From Gemmatimonadota bacterium (GTDB lineage: Bacteria; Gemmatimonadota; Gemmatimonadetes; Palauibacterales; KS3-K002), in NCBI GenBank assembly GCA_039586755.1, contig JBDHJU010000011.1:14412-78411 (forward strand): a DNA stretch of 64,000 nucleotides. The letters run 5' to 3'. Shown in pieces: positions 16,343 to 27,212 of this stretch. The notes beneath the pieces are model-generated. The model made no database searches. It saw only the letters and a program-made list of their open reading frames with translations, and was not told the DNA's origin. A program made the position numbers and the translations under genes. Position 1 is the stretch's first letter. The number at the start of each line of letters is the position of its first letter.

Positions 16343-16990
16343 TCAGCCTTCTCCCGCCTGTTGGAGCTGCTCGCGGCACTTGGCTGCAAAGGCTGCGAGC
16401 TTCTGCTTCACATCGTCGGTCATCTCGTACTGTGGCTGTGCCGCCGCTTCTGCGATGATCTCGCACGCCGTCTCGAGGGAGATCGACTGCAGGTTGATGG
16501 TTAGATCGTATAACGAAGGATCCTCGACATCCGCCCGGTACATCAGCTTCACCCAACGCCGGCGGTCTTCGTCCACGTCTTGAATGAACTCCTCGGCCGC
16601 CTTATGGGTCATGCGGTGGTGCGAGTCCATCAATGCCCGCATGCGCATCTCGAGCGGCGCGATGAGCCGGACAGCCAGTACGCCGGGAAGCTCACGCAGC
16701 AGGAATTGCCCGGCCAGTCCGTGGTAAACCACTTCACCGGTCGTACAGTGCTCGGCCAGGGCAGTCTGAACGGCGAGCAAATACGTCTTGCGCTCCTGGG
16801 TCAGTCGAGCCCAGCGAGATGGGGTCGCCTCGAGCTTGCCGCTCAGATCCTCCTCTGACGCTCCTAACTTCTTGGCGGCCTCCTGAAGGATCTCGCGCCC
16901 GACGCAGGGATAGTTGAGCGCGCGGGCGAGACACTCCGCCGTCGCGCGGCCTCCGCTAAGCGTTCCACGGGAAATCGTAATAATAGCCAC
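16343..16990 (-). CDS. Cytidylate-kinase-like family (Cytidylate_kin2-type) protein, paralog of 15521-16339
   Basis: MAIITISRGTLSGGRATAECLARALNYPCVGREILQEAAKKLG is colinear with its neighbour over about 200 aa (VYHG.AGQ.LL..LP.VL.VRLIAP...RRRWVK.MY..D.EDP.LYD..INLQ). There is a 3-nt gap to the next gene. Confidence 0.6.
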   Translation of the reverse strand: MAIITISRGTLSGGRATAECLARALNYPCVGREILQEAAKKLGASEEDLSGKLEATPSRWARLTQERKTYLLAVQTALAEHCTTGEVVYHGLAGQFLLRELPGVLAVRLIAPLEMRMRALMDSHHRMTHKAAEEFIQDVDEDRRRWVKLMYRADVEDPSLYDLTINLQSISLETACEIIAEAAAQPQYEMTDDVKQKLAAFAAKCREQLQQAGEG

Positions 16991-17190
16991 GATGCGGTCC
17001 TTTCAGGCGCGTCGTTGGCATCTTTGGAGGTTGGGGGGGCAAATCGTGCCCAAGAACAAGATAGGGTCAAAGCCCGGGGGCGGGAAACCGGTGGCCTGTA
17101 GCTGCCCGCTTGTGAGTTGTGGGAACCTCGGGCAGATTGTCCCGGCCAATCCGACCCGAGTTACCGCAGACCCGCACAGGAGGATACGCC

Positions 17191-17634
17191 TTGAGGAGCA
17201 GATATCTGGTAATCGTGTCACTGGCTTGCGCGGCCGCGTTCGCGGCGGGAGCACTCGCGCGCCAGCCCGCCGCGTCGGGTCAGGAGGCGTCGCCGGAGTC
17301 GTCGAAGCTCGCCGTGCTGTGGAGCAGCGGCGACCGGGACGTGGCGTTGAAGATGGTCTTCATGTACACGCTTAACGCCGAGCGACGTGCCTGGTTCGAC
17401 GAAGTCCAGCTCATCGTGTGGGGGCCCTCGTCGAAGCTTCTCTCGGTCGACGAGGAGTTGCAGGCCGCTATCCGGGAGATGGGTGAGGCCGGTGTGGAGC
17501 TCGTCGCCTGCAAAGCGTGCGCCGACAGTTACGGAGTGTCGGAAAAATTGGAGGAGCTAGGCGTCGAGGTGAAGTACATGGGCGTGCCGCTCACCGAGAT
17601 GCTCAAGAGAGACTGGGTGGTGGTGACGTTCTGA
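17191..17634 (+). CDS. DsrE/DsrF-like family protein with a predicted N-terminal signal peptide
   Basis: TTG at 17191 lies 6 nt after GGAGGA. LRSRYLVIVSLACAAAFAAGALA looks like a signal peptide. The mature part reads LAVLWSSGDRDVALKMVFMY...LIVWGPS...GVELVACKACADSYGV...VKYMG, DsrE-like. Confidence 0.6.
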   Translation: MRSRYLVIVSLACAAAFAAGALARQPAASGQEASPESSKLAVLWSSGDRDVALKMVFMYTLNAERRAWFDEVQLIVWGPSSKLLSVDEELQAAIREMGEAGVELVACKACADSYGVSEKLEELGVEVKYMGVPLTEMLKRDWVVVTF

Positions 17635-17761
17635 AGGTTAGCCGGGAGGCCGGTGCGTCGCTGCGCCTCGCGACGGGAAGCTGCTCTCGGCCACCGGCCC
17701 TCTATCGACATCTCCTACCGACACACCGGCCTCCCGGCGAACCTTCAGCGCTCGGAAGAAC

Positions 17762-18769
17762 CTACGGTTCGAACGGGAAGACTCGCTTCCAGTCGATCTT
17801 CATCGAGATCACGGTCCAGCCGCGCTCAGCTGCCTCGTCGAGCGCTTCGTCGAGGTGGCCAATCGACGAGTCGCGGTCGTAGGCCCACTCGCGCTCGGCG
17901 TCGTCATGATGCACCAAAGCCATGAGTCTGGGGCCCGCGCCGGCGGCCGTGTACTGCAGCATCTGTAAATCGCCGTCCGAGTTGCCGAACGCCGCTATCG
18001 GGCGCCGCCCGATGAAGCGGTTGATACCCACAGGCTTACCTTCCTTATCGTCGACGAACTCGATCTCGGGTTGCTTGACCAGGACCGGCTCGCCGGCGCG
18101 CCACTCGAACCGGGTCACACCGCTCGACCCTATGACCTGCTCGGGCTCGATCCCGTAGACGTCCTCGGTGAAGACGCGCATGAAGTCGATGCCGCCGCCC
18201 GAGACGATAAAAGTCTTGAACTCGTTCGCCCGCAGGTATTCGAGCAATTCCAGCATCGGCTGGTAGGCCATGCCGGTGAACGGCTGATCGAAGCGCGGAT
18301 GACGCGCCGTGGCCAGCCAGTCGGCGACGTAGTTGCCGAACTCGTCCACCGTCATGCCGGCATGGGTCGCCATGACGACTTGCACGATGTCGTGTTCCGA
18401 CATCCGGGCGAGCGCTTCGCGATCGTTCTCCAAGATCGCCCTGAACGGCCCCTGATCGCGCCACTCCGGATGCTCTGCGGCCATGGCCCGTACGCGGTCG
18501 AGGGCGAAGAGCAGTTGGAAGTACAGCGGCTGCTCAGCCCAAAGCGTGCCGTCGTTGTCGAACACGGCGATCCGCTCTTCCGGCTCGACATAGGCCGAGC
18601 TGTTGGGATCGGTCACCGTCGCGACGAAGCTCGTGATCGCCTGCTTCGCGGGCCCGTCGTTCCAGGAGGGTAGAGGGTCAGCGCTGGTACCTCTGAGCGG
18701 TTCCTCCGAGACACCGCATCCTCCCAACAAGGCGAGCCCAATCAGACCGAGGGCGAGAATACGGGACAT
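17762..18769 (-). CDS. HAD-IB family hydrolase/phosphatase lipoprotein
   Basis: Lipobox LALLGGCGV. HAD motif I AVFDNDGTLW, FIVSGGGIDFMR, and motif IV AFGNSDGDLQML. Confidence 0.7.
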   Translation of the reverse strand: MSRILALGLIGLALLGGCGVSEEPLRGTSADPLPSWNDGPAKQAITSFVATVTDPNSSAYVEPEERIAVFDNDGTLWAEQPLYFQLLFALDRVRAMAAEHPEWRDQGPFRAILENDREALARMSEHDIVQVVMATHAGMTVDEFGNYVADWLATARHPRFDQPFTGMAYQPMLELLEYLRANEFKTFIVSGGGIDFMRVFTEDVYGIEPEQVIGSSGVTRFEWRAGEPVLVKQPEIEFVDDKEGKPVGINRFIGRRPIAAFGNSDGDLQMLQYTAAGAGPRLMALVHHDDAEREWAYDRDSSIGHLDEALDEAAERGWTVISMKIDWKRVFPFEP

Positions 18770-18863
18770 AGTGAACCTCAGCGGTTAGTGGCTGGTGACG
18801 CTTGACCGGGCGGGCGCCTGAAGCGCGCGCCCACCCGGTTTCTCTTGCAGCTTCGTGACAGTG

Positions 18864-20447
18864 TTAGTGTGCGCCTCCGCTGCTCTGCAGCATCTCCATC
18901 ACCTGGTCGAGGCTGAAGCTCGCCGGCCTTTGGCGCGGCGGGTACTCCCGGAACGTCGCCAGGAAACTACCCACGTACGACTGCGCCGGCACCAGCAGGT
19001 AGGCGCGGTCGAGCAGCCAATCGAAGTAGGTGTTCGAAGTGATGGGCGCCCGCTCGTACGGATCGCGCCGCAGGTTGAGGATGAGCGGGACCCGCAGCGG
19101 TACGAAGGGCTCCATCCAGACCCGGAAGGTGCCCGGCGACTTTTGCTCCATGAAGATGAGCTTCCAGTCGTCGTAGCGCAGCGCCGTGAGGTCGCCGTCG
19201 TCCGAGAAATAGAAGATCTCGTGGCGGCCGCTGCTCTCGGACTCGCCGATCAGATGCGGCAAGATGTTGTAGCCGTCGAGGTGGATCTGGTAGTTACGGC
19301 CCAGGGCGCGGGAGCGCCACCCGTCCAACAGGTCTTCCTTGACGTCGTCCTTGCCGGCGGCCGCGCTGAAGGTCGGGAGCCAATCCATGTGGTGGACGAT
19401 CTCGTTGGAGACCGAGCCGGCCTCGATATGACCAGGCCAGCGCACCAGCGCCGGTACGCGCCAGCCGCCCTCCCAGTTGGTGTTCTTTTCGCCGCGGAAC
19501 GGCGTGGCGGCGGCGTCGGGCCACGTGTTGTAGTGTGGGCCGTTGTCCGTGCTGTAGAAGACGATCGTGTTGTCGGCGATGCCGAGCTCGTCGAGCAGGT
19601 CGAGGAACCGCCCGATGTGCATGTCGTGCTCGACCATACCGTCGGCGTACTCGTCCTGGCCCGAGATGCCCCGTAGCTCTTCTTTGACGTGGGTGCGGAA
19701 GTGCATCCGCGTGCCGCTCCACCAGACGAAGAACGGTGTACCCTGGGCGTGTGCGTCCCGGATGAAGCGCATGGCAGCTTCCGAGGTCTCGTCATCGACC
19801 GTTTCCATCCGCTCTTTGGTCAGGGGCCCCGTGTCCTCGATGCGTCCGTCGGCCCAGCTGTGCATCACGCCCCGCGGGCCGAACGCCTCGCGGAAGGTGC
19901 GACCGTCAGCCATCACCACGTCGCCCGGGTAGTCCTCGTTCTCCGGCTCCTCCTCGGCGTTCAGGTGGTAGAGGTTGCCGAAGAACTCGTCGAACCCGTG
20001 GTTCGTCGGCAAAAACTCGTCGCGGTCACCCAGGTGGTTCTTACCGAACTGACCTGTGGCGTAGCCCAGCTCCTTCAGGACCACCGCGATCGTCGGATCC
20101 TCCTCACGCAGGCCCAGGTCGGCGCCTGGTAGCCCCACCTTACTGAGGCCGGTGCGGAACACGCTCTGGCCTGTGATGAACGAGGATCGTCCCGCCGTGC
20201 AACTCTGTTCACCGTAGTAGTCGGTGAAGATCATCCCCTCGTTGGCGATCCGATCGATGTTGGGTGTGCGGTAGCCCACCATGCCCATGGTATAGGCGCT
20301 GATGTTGGATTGGCCGACGTCGTCGCCCCAGACGACCAGGATGTTGGGTCGGTCCTGGGCGCCAGCCGGCGGCGCCGTCCAGGCGAGCAGGGCGACGGCG
20401 GCCACAGCAGCCACGGCGAAGCGCGTTAGGGTCTTGCAGTGAATCAC
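18864..20447 (-). CDS. Arylsulfatase (type I sulfatase family), secreted
   Basis: Signal peptide, then RPNILVVWGDDVGQSNISAY...YRTPNIDRIANEGMIFTDYYGEQSCTAGRSSFITGQ, which carries the formylglycine motif in its CxAxR variant. Also FGKNHLGD. Confidence 0.85.
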   Translation of the reverse strand: MIHCKTLTRFAVAAVAAVALLAWTAPPAGAQDRPNILVVWGDDVGQSNISAYTMGMVGYRTPNIDRIANEGMIFTDYYGEQSCTAGRSSFITGQSVFRTGLSKVGLPGADLGLREEDPTIAVVLKELGYATGQFGKNHLGDRDEFLPTNHGFDEFFGNLYHLNAEEEPENEDYPGDVVMADGRTFREAFGPRGVMHSWADGRIEDTGPLTKERMETVDDETSEAAMRFIRDAHAQGTPFFVWWSGTRMHFRTHVKEELRGISGQDEYADGMVEHDMHIGRFLDLLDELGIADNTIVFYSTDNGPHYNTWPDAAATPFRGEKNTNWEGGWRVPALVRWPGHIEAGSVSNEIVHHMDWLPTFSAAAGKDDVKEDLLDGWRSRALGRNYQIHLDGYNILPHLIGESESSGRHEIFYFSDDGDLTALRYDDWKLIFMEQKSPGTFRVWMEPFVPLRVPLILNLRRDPYERAPITSNTYFDWLLDRAYLLVPAQSYVGSFLATFREYPPRQRPASFSLDQVMEMLQSSGGAH

Positions 20448-20584
20448 GTTTTCCTCCCGGTTCTTGGTTCAGCTGTTGTTGGTTAGGTATCAGACATTCT
20501 CGTCAAGAGACAACGCCAAGGCAACCGGGGGTTCCGGCAGCTCCATGGCGAAGAGAAGCGACGCGGGCGCCCGCTCGGCACTCA

Positions 20585-22894
20585 TCAGTCGATCAACCGG
20601 AAAACGACCCTGTCCAACTCCCCGGTGAAAGGGAAGGCGCCGGTGTATTGCAATGACACCTGGGTGCCGTTGTCACGTCCGACGTCGAACGGTTCCGAGA
20701 GCGAGAACGTGGAGATGTGCGTTCTCGGCATGTCCACCTCGTCGACCTTCTCGCCGTTGACGAACAGCTCGCCATAGCCGGCGAAGTTGCCGGTGTTGGT
20801 GTACTTGAAGCTAAGCGTCGTCGGGCCGGTGGGTAGAGGTGGCGAAGTCAGCGTCCAGAACTCGCCGTCGAGGAAGTTATAATCGTAGTACAGGCGACCG
20901 TCCTTGATGAACATCGTGTAGCCGCCAGTGAACCCTCCGCAGGCGACGATCACGCCTTCCTCGTCGCCCTGCAGATCGATTGTGGTTTCGATGGTGTGAG
21001 AGCGGCCCTTAATGGGCGGTGACGCCTTCTCGGCGATTCGTACGGCCCCTGGATAGTAGAACGTGAACTCGGTCTGATCCCCGAACTGTCGGTCCTGCTG
21101 ACGACTGAGGCGCATGATCATGTCATCGTACAGCGGGTATACGTTGTACTTCCAGGCTTCCTGGTCGAACAGTTCGATCATCTCCTGCAGCTTCTCTGGG
21201 TACTGATCGGCGAGGTTCGTGCTCTCCGAGAAGTCCTCGTTCGTGTTATAGAGCTCCCACTCATCTAGCGCGAAATCCAGGGTGACGTTGAGGTCCCAGG
21301 GCATACGGCCCGCGTGCAACGTGACGGCCTTCCAGCCGTCGGCCCAGATCGCCCGGTTGCCGAACATCTCGTAGTACTGGACCTGCTTGGCGTTGGGTGC
21401 GTCGGCATCGTCGAAAGAATAACTCATGCTTACGCCGTCCATCGGCCGTTGGGGTATCCCGTCGATCTCGTCCGGCAATTCCAGTCCGGCCACGTCGAGC
21501 AGCGTGGGTGCGATGTCCGAGATATGGTGGTACTGGTTGCGGATCTCGCCTCTGGCCTGGATGCCAGCCGGCCAGTGGATGACGAGTGGGTCGTGAATAC
21601 CGCCGCGGTGCACCGACTGCTTGAAGTACTTGAAGGGCGTGTTCCCAGCCATCGCCCAGCCTGCGTGATAGTGCGGATAGGTGGACGGGTCACCCCACGT
21701 CTCGAGGCGCCGCATGTTGGCCTCGAACGCGGTCTGCAGGCCGTTGAGCACGTAGGTCTCGTTGAACGTTCCGGCCAGGCCTCCCTCGCCGCTGGCACCG
21801 TTGTCGGATGTCACTAGTATGATCGTGTTCTCCAATTCACCGACTCGCTCGATCGCTTCGATCATGCGACCGATTTCCATGTCGGTGTGCTCCATCATTC
21901 CGGCGAAGACCTCCATCTGTACCGCGTAGAGGCGCTTCTCCTCTTCAGACAGTGAGTCCCAGGCCGGGATGTCGTCGACCCTCGCGCTCAACTGTGTGTT
22001 CTCCGGCACGATGCCGAGCTCCTTCTGGCGGGCGAGGATCTGCTCGCGGACCTCGTCCCAGCCCACGTCGAACGCGCCCTGGTACTTGTCGATATACTCC
22101 TGCCAGACCTGGTGCGGCGAGTGCATGGCTCCGGGCGCCCAGAACACCATCCAGGGCCGGTCCGGCGCGGTGGACTCGTGTCCGGTAATGAGCTCAATGG
22201 CTCTGTCGGCCAGGTCGGTAGTGAGGTGGTAGTCCTCTTGATCCAACCACGGTTCGACGGGGTGGTGGTCGGCAAACAGCACGGTGCGGTACTGGTCCGC
22301 ATCTGCGGCCATGAAGCCATAGAAGTGATCGAACCCCTCGCCACTCGGCCACCGGGTGAACGGACCGGTCTGGGACACCTCGTTCAGTGGCGTGTGGTCC
22401 CACTTGCCGAGGGCGTAGTTCACGTAGCCGTTACCCTGCAAGACCTTGGCGACCGACTTGGCGTCCTCGGGGACGATGGCGTTGTAGCCGGGGAAGCCCA
22501 TGGCGGTGAGCGAGTGCGAGCCCAGGCCGATGGAGTGCGGGTTGCGCCCGGCCATGATCGAGGCACGGGACGGCGAGCAGAGCGCTGTGGTGTGGAAGTT
22601 GTTGTAGCGTAAACCGTTCGCCGCCAAGCGGTCGATGTTGGGCGTCTCGATCAAACCACCGAAGCTGCCGATCTGTGCGAAGCCAACGTCATCCAGCAGG
22701 ATGAGCAGCACGTTGGGTGCGCCCTCGGGTGCCGGTGTAAACGTCTCCGGCCACCACTCCTCGCTCTCATCATAAGAGCGGCCAATCGTGCCCTCGAACT
22801 CCTGCGCCCCATGCTGAGTGCTCGTCGTCTCGCATCCGGCCAGCAGGGCCAGAAAAGCGAGACCGGCGAACGCTCTGGGCCTGCTCCATCGCAT
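20585..22894 (-). CDS. Large arylsulfatase lipoprotein with a C-terminal extension domain
   Basis: Lipobox LALLAGCET. PNVLLILLDDVGFAQIGSFGG...TPNIDRLAANGLRYNNFHTTALCSPSRASIMAGRNPH has the canonical CSPSR motif. Also VTSDNGAS. Confidence 0.85.
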   Translation of the reverse strand: MRWSRPRAFAGLAFLALLAGCETTSTQHGAQEFEGTIGRSYDESEEWWPETFTPAPEGAPNVLLILLDDVGFAQIGSFGGLIETPNIDRLAANGLRYNNFHTTALCSPSRASIMAGRNPHSIGLGSHSLTAMGFPGYNAIVPEDAKSVAKVLQGNGYVNYALGKWDHTPLNEVSQTGPFTRWPSGEGFDHFYGFMAADADQYRTVLFADHHPVEPWLDQEDYHLTTDLADRAIELITGHESTAPDRPWMVFWAPGAMHSPHQVWQEYIDKYQGAFDVGWDEVREQILARQKELGIVPENTQLSARVDDIPAWDSLSEEEKRLYAVQMEVFAGMMEHTDMEIGRMIEAIERVGELENTIILVTSDNGASGEGGLAGTFNETYVLNGLQTAFEANMRRLETWGDPSTYPHYHAGWAMAGNTPFKYFKQSVHRGGIHDPLVIHWPAGIQARGEIRNQYHHISDIAPTLLDVAGLELPDEIDGIPQRPMDGVSMSYSFDDADAPNAKQVQYYEMFGNRAIWADGWKAVTLHAGRMPWDLNVTLDFALDEWELYNTNEDFSESTNLADQYPEKLQEMIELFDQEAWKYNVYPLYDDMIMRLSRQQDRQFGDQTEFTFYYPGAVRIAEKASPPIKGRSHTIETTIDLQGDEEGVIVACGGFTGGYTMFIKDGRLYYDYNFLDGEFWTLTSPPLPTGPTTLSFKYTNTGNFAGYGELFVNGEKVDEVDMPRTHISTFSLSEPFDVGRDNGTQVSLQYTGAFPFTGELDRVVFRLID

Positions 22895-23028
22895 ACGACA
22901 CCTCCCGGAAGGTTCAGGTCGAAATCATCGTGGTGGTCCTCGGGTTCCCGGTCTGACGCGACCGAGGAGCTATCCCGGATCCTTACGGCAATGTCCTTCT
23001 ACTGTGTGCGGTTCCATGGGCTCACCGC

Positions 23029-24051
23029 TTATGGCTTACCGGCCCGCCAGGTACGGCCGGAGCGCAGCAGGTCGTTTAGGTCGCCGCAGCAGGCGGCATC
23101 GAGGCGCGACTCGACCTGGTCCTCGTAGGCCGGCGCCGGGTCGCAGTAGATGACGCCCAGCGCCACCGGGAGCTCCGGCGGCTCCATGGCGACGAGCAGC
23201 TGGGCGAGCCCGCGGTCCTTCTCGTCGTGGACCAGGATGTCGTCCTCGGTCACACCATCCTCGCCGATCGTCACGGCTTCGAGCTGCAGGGTGCCGGGCT
23301 TGAGCCGCAGGCCCTTCTCCCTGTCCTTGCCGAACAGCAAGGGCTGCCCGTGCTCGACGTGGACCTGGCGGTCGGAGGCGATACTCTTTTCGGTGAAGTC
23401 AGAGAACGCCTTGTCGTTGAAGACGATGCAGTTCTGGAAGATCTCTGTGAACGAGGCGCCGTGATTCTCGTGGGCGCGCTTCAGTACCTCTATCAGGTGC
23501 TTCTGCATCGTGTCGACGGAGCGGGCGACGAAGCGGGCGCCGGCGCCGAGTGCGAAGGAGCAGGCCGACAGCGGCTGCTCGAGCGAGCCGCGCGGGCTGG
23601 ACGGTGAGGTCGTACCCTGGCGCGAGGTCGGCGAGTACTGCCCCTTGGTGAGCCCGTAGATCTCGTTGTTGAAGAGGCAGATCTGCAGGTTCACGTTGCG
23701 GCGTAGGGTGTGGAGCGTGTGGTTGCCGCCGATGCTCAGGCCATCGCCGTCGCCGGTGACGACCCAGACGTCGAGCTCGGGGTTGGCCAGCTTGATACCG
23801 GTGGCGAACGCTGGAGCGCGCCCGTGAATCGTGTGGAAGCCATAGCTCGACATATAGTAGGGGAACCGCGCGGCGCAGCCGATCCCCGAGACGAAGACCG
23901 TGTCCTCGCGCTTCACGCCCAGCTCGGCCAGCGTTTTCTGGATGGCCTTGATGATCGCGTAGTCGCCACAGCCGGGGCACCAGCGGACCTCCTGGTCCGA
24001 GGCGAAGTCGCCGGGCTTCAGCTGATCGATATCCTTCATCGTTGTGCTCAT
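23029..24051 (-). CDS. korB: 2-oxoacid:ferredoxin oxidoreductase beta subunit (TPP-binding)
   Basis: QEVRWCPGCGDYAIIKA...SGIGCAARFPYYM...HGRAPAFATGIKLANPELDVWVVTGDGDGLSIGGNH. Confidence 0.88.
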   Translation of the reverse strand: MSTTMKDIDQLKPGDFASDQEVRWCPGCGDYAIIKAIQKTLAELGVKREDTVFVSGIGCAARFPYYMSSYGFHTIHGRAPAFATGIKLANPELDVWVVTGDGDGLSIGGNHTLHTLRRNVNLQICLFNNEIYGLTKGQYSPTSRQGTTSPSSPRGSLEQPLSACSFALGAGARFVARSVDTMQKHLIEVLKRAHENHGASFTEIFQNCIVFNDKAFSDFTEKSIASDRQVHVEHGQPLLFGKDREKGLRLKPGTLQLEAVTIGEDGVTEDDILVHDEKDRGLAQLLVAMEPPELPVALGVIYCDPAPAYEDQVESRLDAACCGDLNDLLRSGRTWRAGKP

Positions 24052-24052
24052 G

Positions 24053-26011
<1,959 letters not shown>

Positions 26012-26277
26012 TACTATCAGAATCGTCGTTCCCCGCTAGGCGCTGGTAATCTCGAAGAATCGCCCGAATTCCTCCTTCTGGTAACAGGCATTGGGCGAGC
26101 CCCTGACCGTGTTCAGCCCCTGGGTGTGAAACGGCCGAAATACGAATCCGTGTTCCCGATAACAAGAATCGAGGGGGCCCTGGCTCCCTCCGGCTATGGG
26201 CATTTGACAGCTACTGAGGTGGGTCCGCAACGTAGGGCGCGGCCCCTCTGCCATCAAACCTCTGACGGATCCGGCTC

Positions 26278-27201
26278 ATGCAGGAGACCATTCGGAGAAC
26301 CGTGCGGCTCGCCGCCCTCGGCGTCGCCCTGGCGCTGGCGGGCGCCGGCTGCGCTGGCGACCGGCTCAAGGCGCTGGGCGAACGTATCGAGGGACGTATC
26401 GCAGATAGCGGTGCCGAGGTCGTCGGCGTCTACTTCAAGGATCTGCTGAACGACGACTCGCTGCTGATCGCGGCGGACGTTCGAGTTCATGCGGCGAGCA
26501 TGATAAAGGTTGCGGTGATGATCCAGCTGTTCCGCGATCACGCGGCGGGGCTATCGAGCCTGGACGATAGCCTGACCATCACCAGGACCTTCGAATCGAT
26601 CGTCGACGGCTCGCCCTACGAGCTGGGCGCCCCGGACGACAGTGACACGACGCTCTATCGCCGGGTCGGCGAGCGTGAGAGCGTGCGGCGGCTGACGGAG
26701 CTGATGGTCACCGTCTCCAGCAACCTGGCGACCAACATGCTGATCGAGCACGTGGGCGCCGATCGAGTGACGGCGACGATGCGTTGGCTGGGGGCGGACT
26801 CGATCGAGGTTCTGCGTGGGGTGGAGGACGGCAAGGCATACCGCGCGGGCCTTAGCAACACTACTACGGCCCGAGATCTTGGAGTAATCTTCAGCGCTAT
26901 CGCCGAAGGTCGGGCGGCGGCCGGCGCAGCGGGCCGGGAGATGATCGAGATCCTCCTGCGTCAGGAGTTCAACACAAAGATCCCCGCCGGCCTCCCAGCG
27001 GGCGCGCGGGCGGCGCACAAGACGGGTTGGATACCCGACTACGTCAGCCACGATGGCGGCATCGTCTATCCCGACGGCGGGGATGTGTACGTGCTGGTGG
27101 TGCTGACCAAGGGCGGGGAAGGTCACGACGATTACGCCGAAGAGTTAATCGCCGACATCTCGCGCATGGTCTACGACGCGGTTCGAGACGGCCGGGGTTG
27201 A
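26278..27201 (+). CDS. Class A beta-lactamase-like serine hydrolase, secreted
   Basis: Signal or lipoprotein-like N-terminus (LALAGAGCAG). SxxK in HAASMIKVAVM, SxN in VSSNLATN, and KTG in AHKTGWI. Confidence 0.7.
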   Translation: MQETIRRTVRLAALGVALALAGAGCAGDRLKALGERIEGRIADSGAEVVGVYFKDLLNDDSLLIAADVRVHAASMIKVAVMIQLFRDHAAGLSSLDDSLTITRTFESIVDGSPYELGAPDDSDTTLYRRVGERESVRRLTELMVTVSSNLATNMLIEHVGADRVTATMRWLGADSIEVLRGVEDGKAYRAGLSNTTTARDLGVIFSAIAEGRAAAGAAGREMIEILLRQEFNTKIPAGLPAGARAAHKTGWIPDYVSHDGGIVYPDGGDVYVLVVLTKGGEGHDDYAEELIADISRMVYDAVRDGRG

Positions 27202-27212
27202 GCGACGACCTG

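Noticed and set aside
16991-17190. TTGGCATCTTTGGAGG in the divergent region upstream of the dsrE-like gene, considered as a sigma-54 -24 element.
   Set aside because: There is no TTGC-like -12 element at the required 5-nt spacing, so only the GG half matches.
17211-17217. An extra AATCGTG copy just inside the dsrE-like coding region, plus roughly half a dozen copies inside other coding regions (e.g. near 22777, 23827, 35402, 46543, 51463, 57414).
   Set aside because: These are intragenic and have no shared flanking pattern. I treat them as background occurrences and use them only to temper the intergenic-enrichment claim.
18864-20447. The sulfatase active-site motif reads C-T-A-G-R instead of the textbook C-x-P-x-R.
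   Set aside because: I recall the QSCTAGRSSFITGQ variant as characteristic of a widespread bacterial arylsulfatase subgroup, so it is probably a normal subfamily feature rather than a novelty. Worth only a SulfAtlas lookup.
26012-26277. 266-nt divergent intergenic region between korA and the beta-lactamase-like gene, and the 205-nt region 33282-33486, examined for riboswitch-like or small-RNA structure.
   Set aside because: I could not recognise any known riboswitch consensus, a strong hairpin, or a terminator. They are probably just promoter regions. This needs an Rfam scan to settle.
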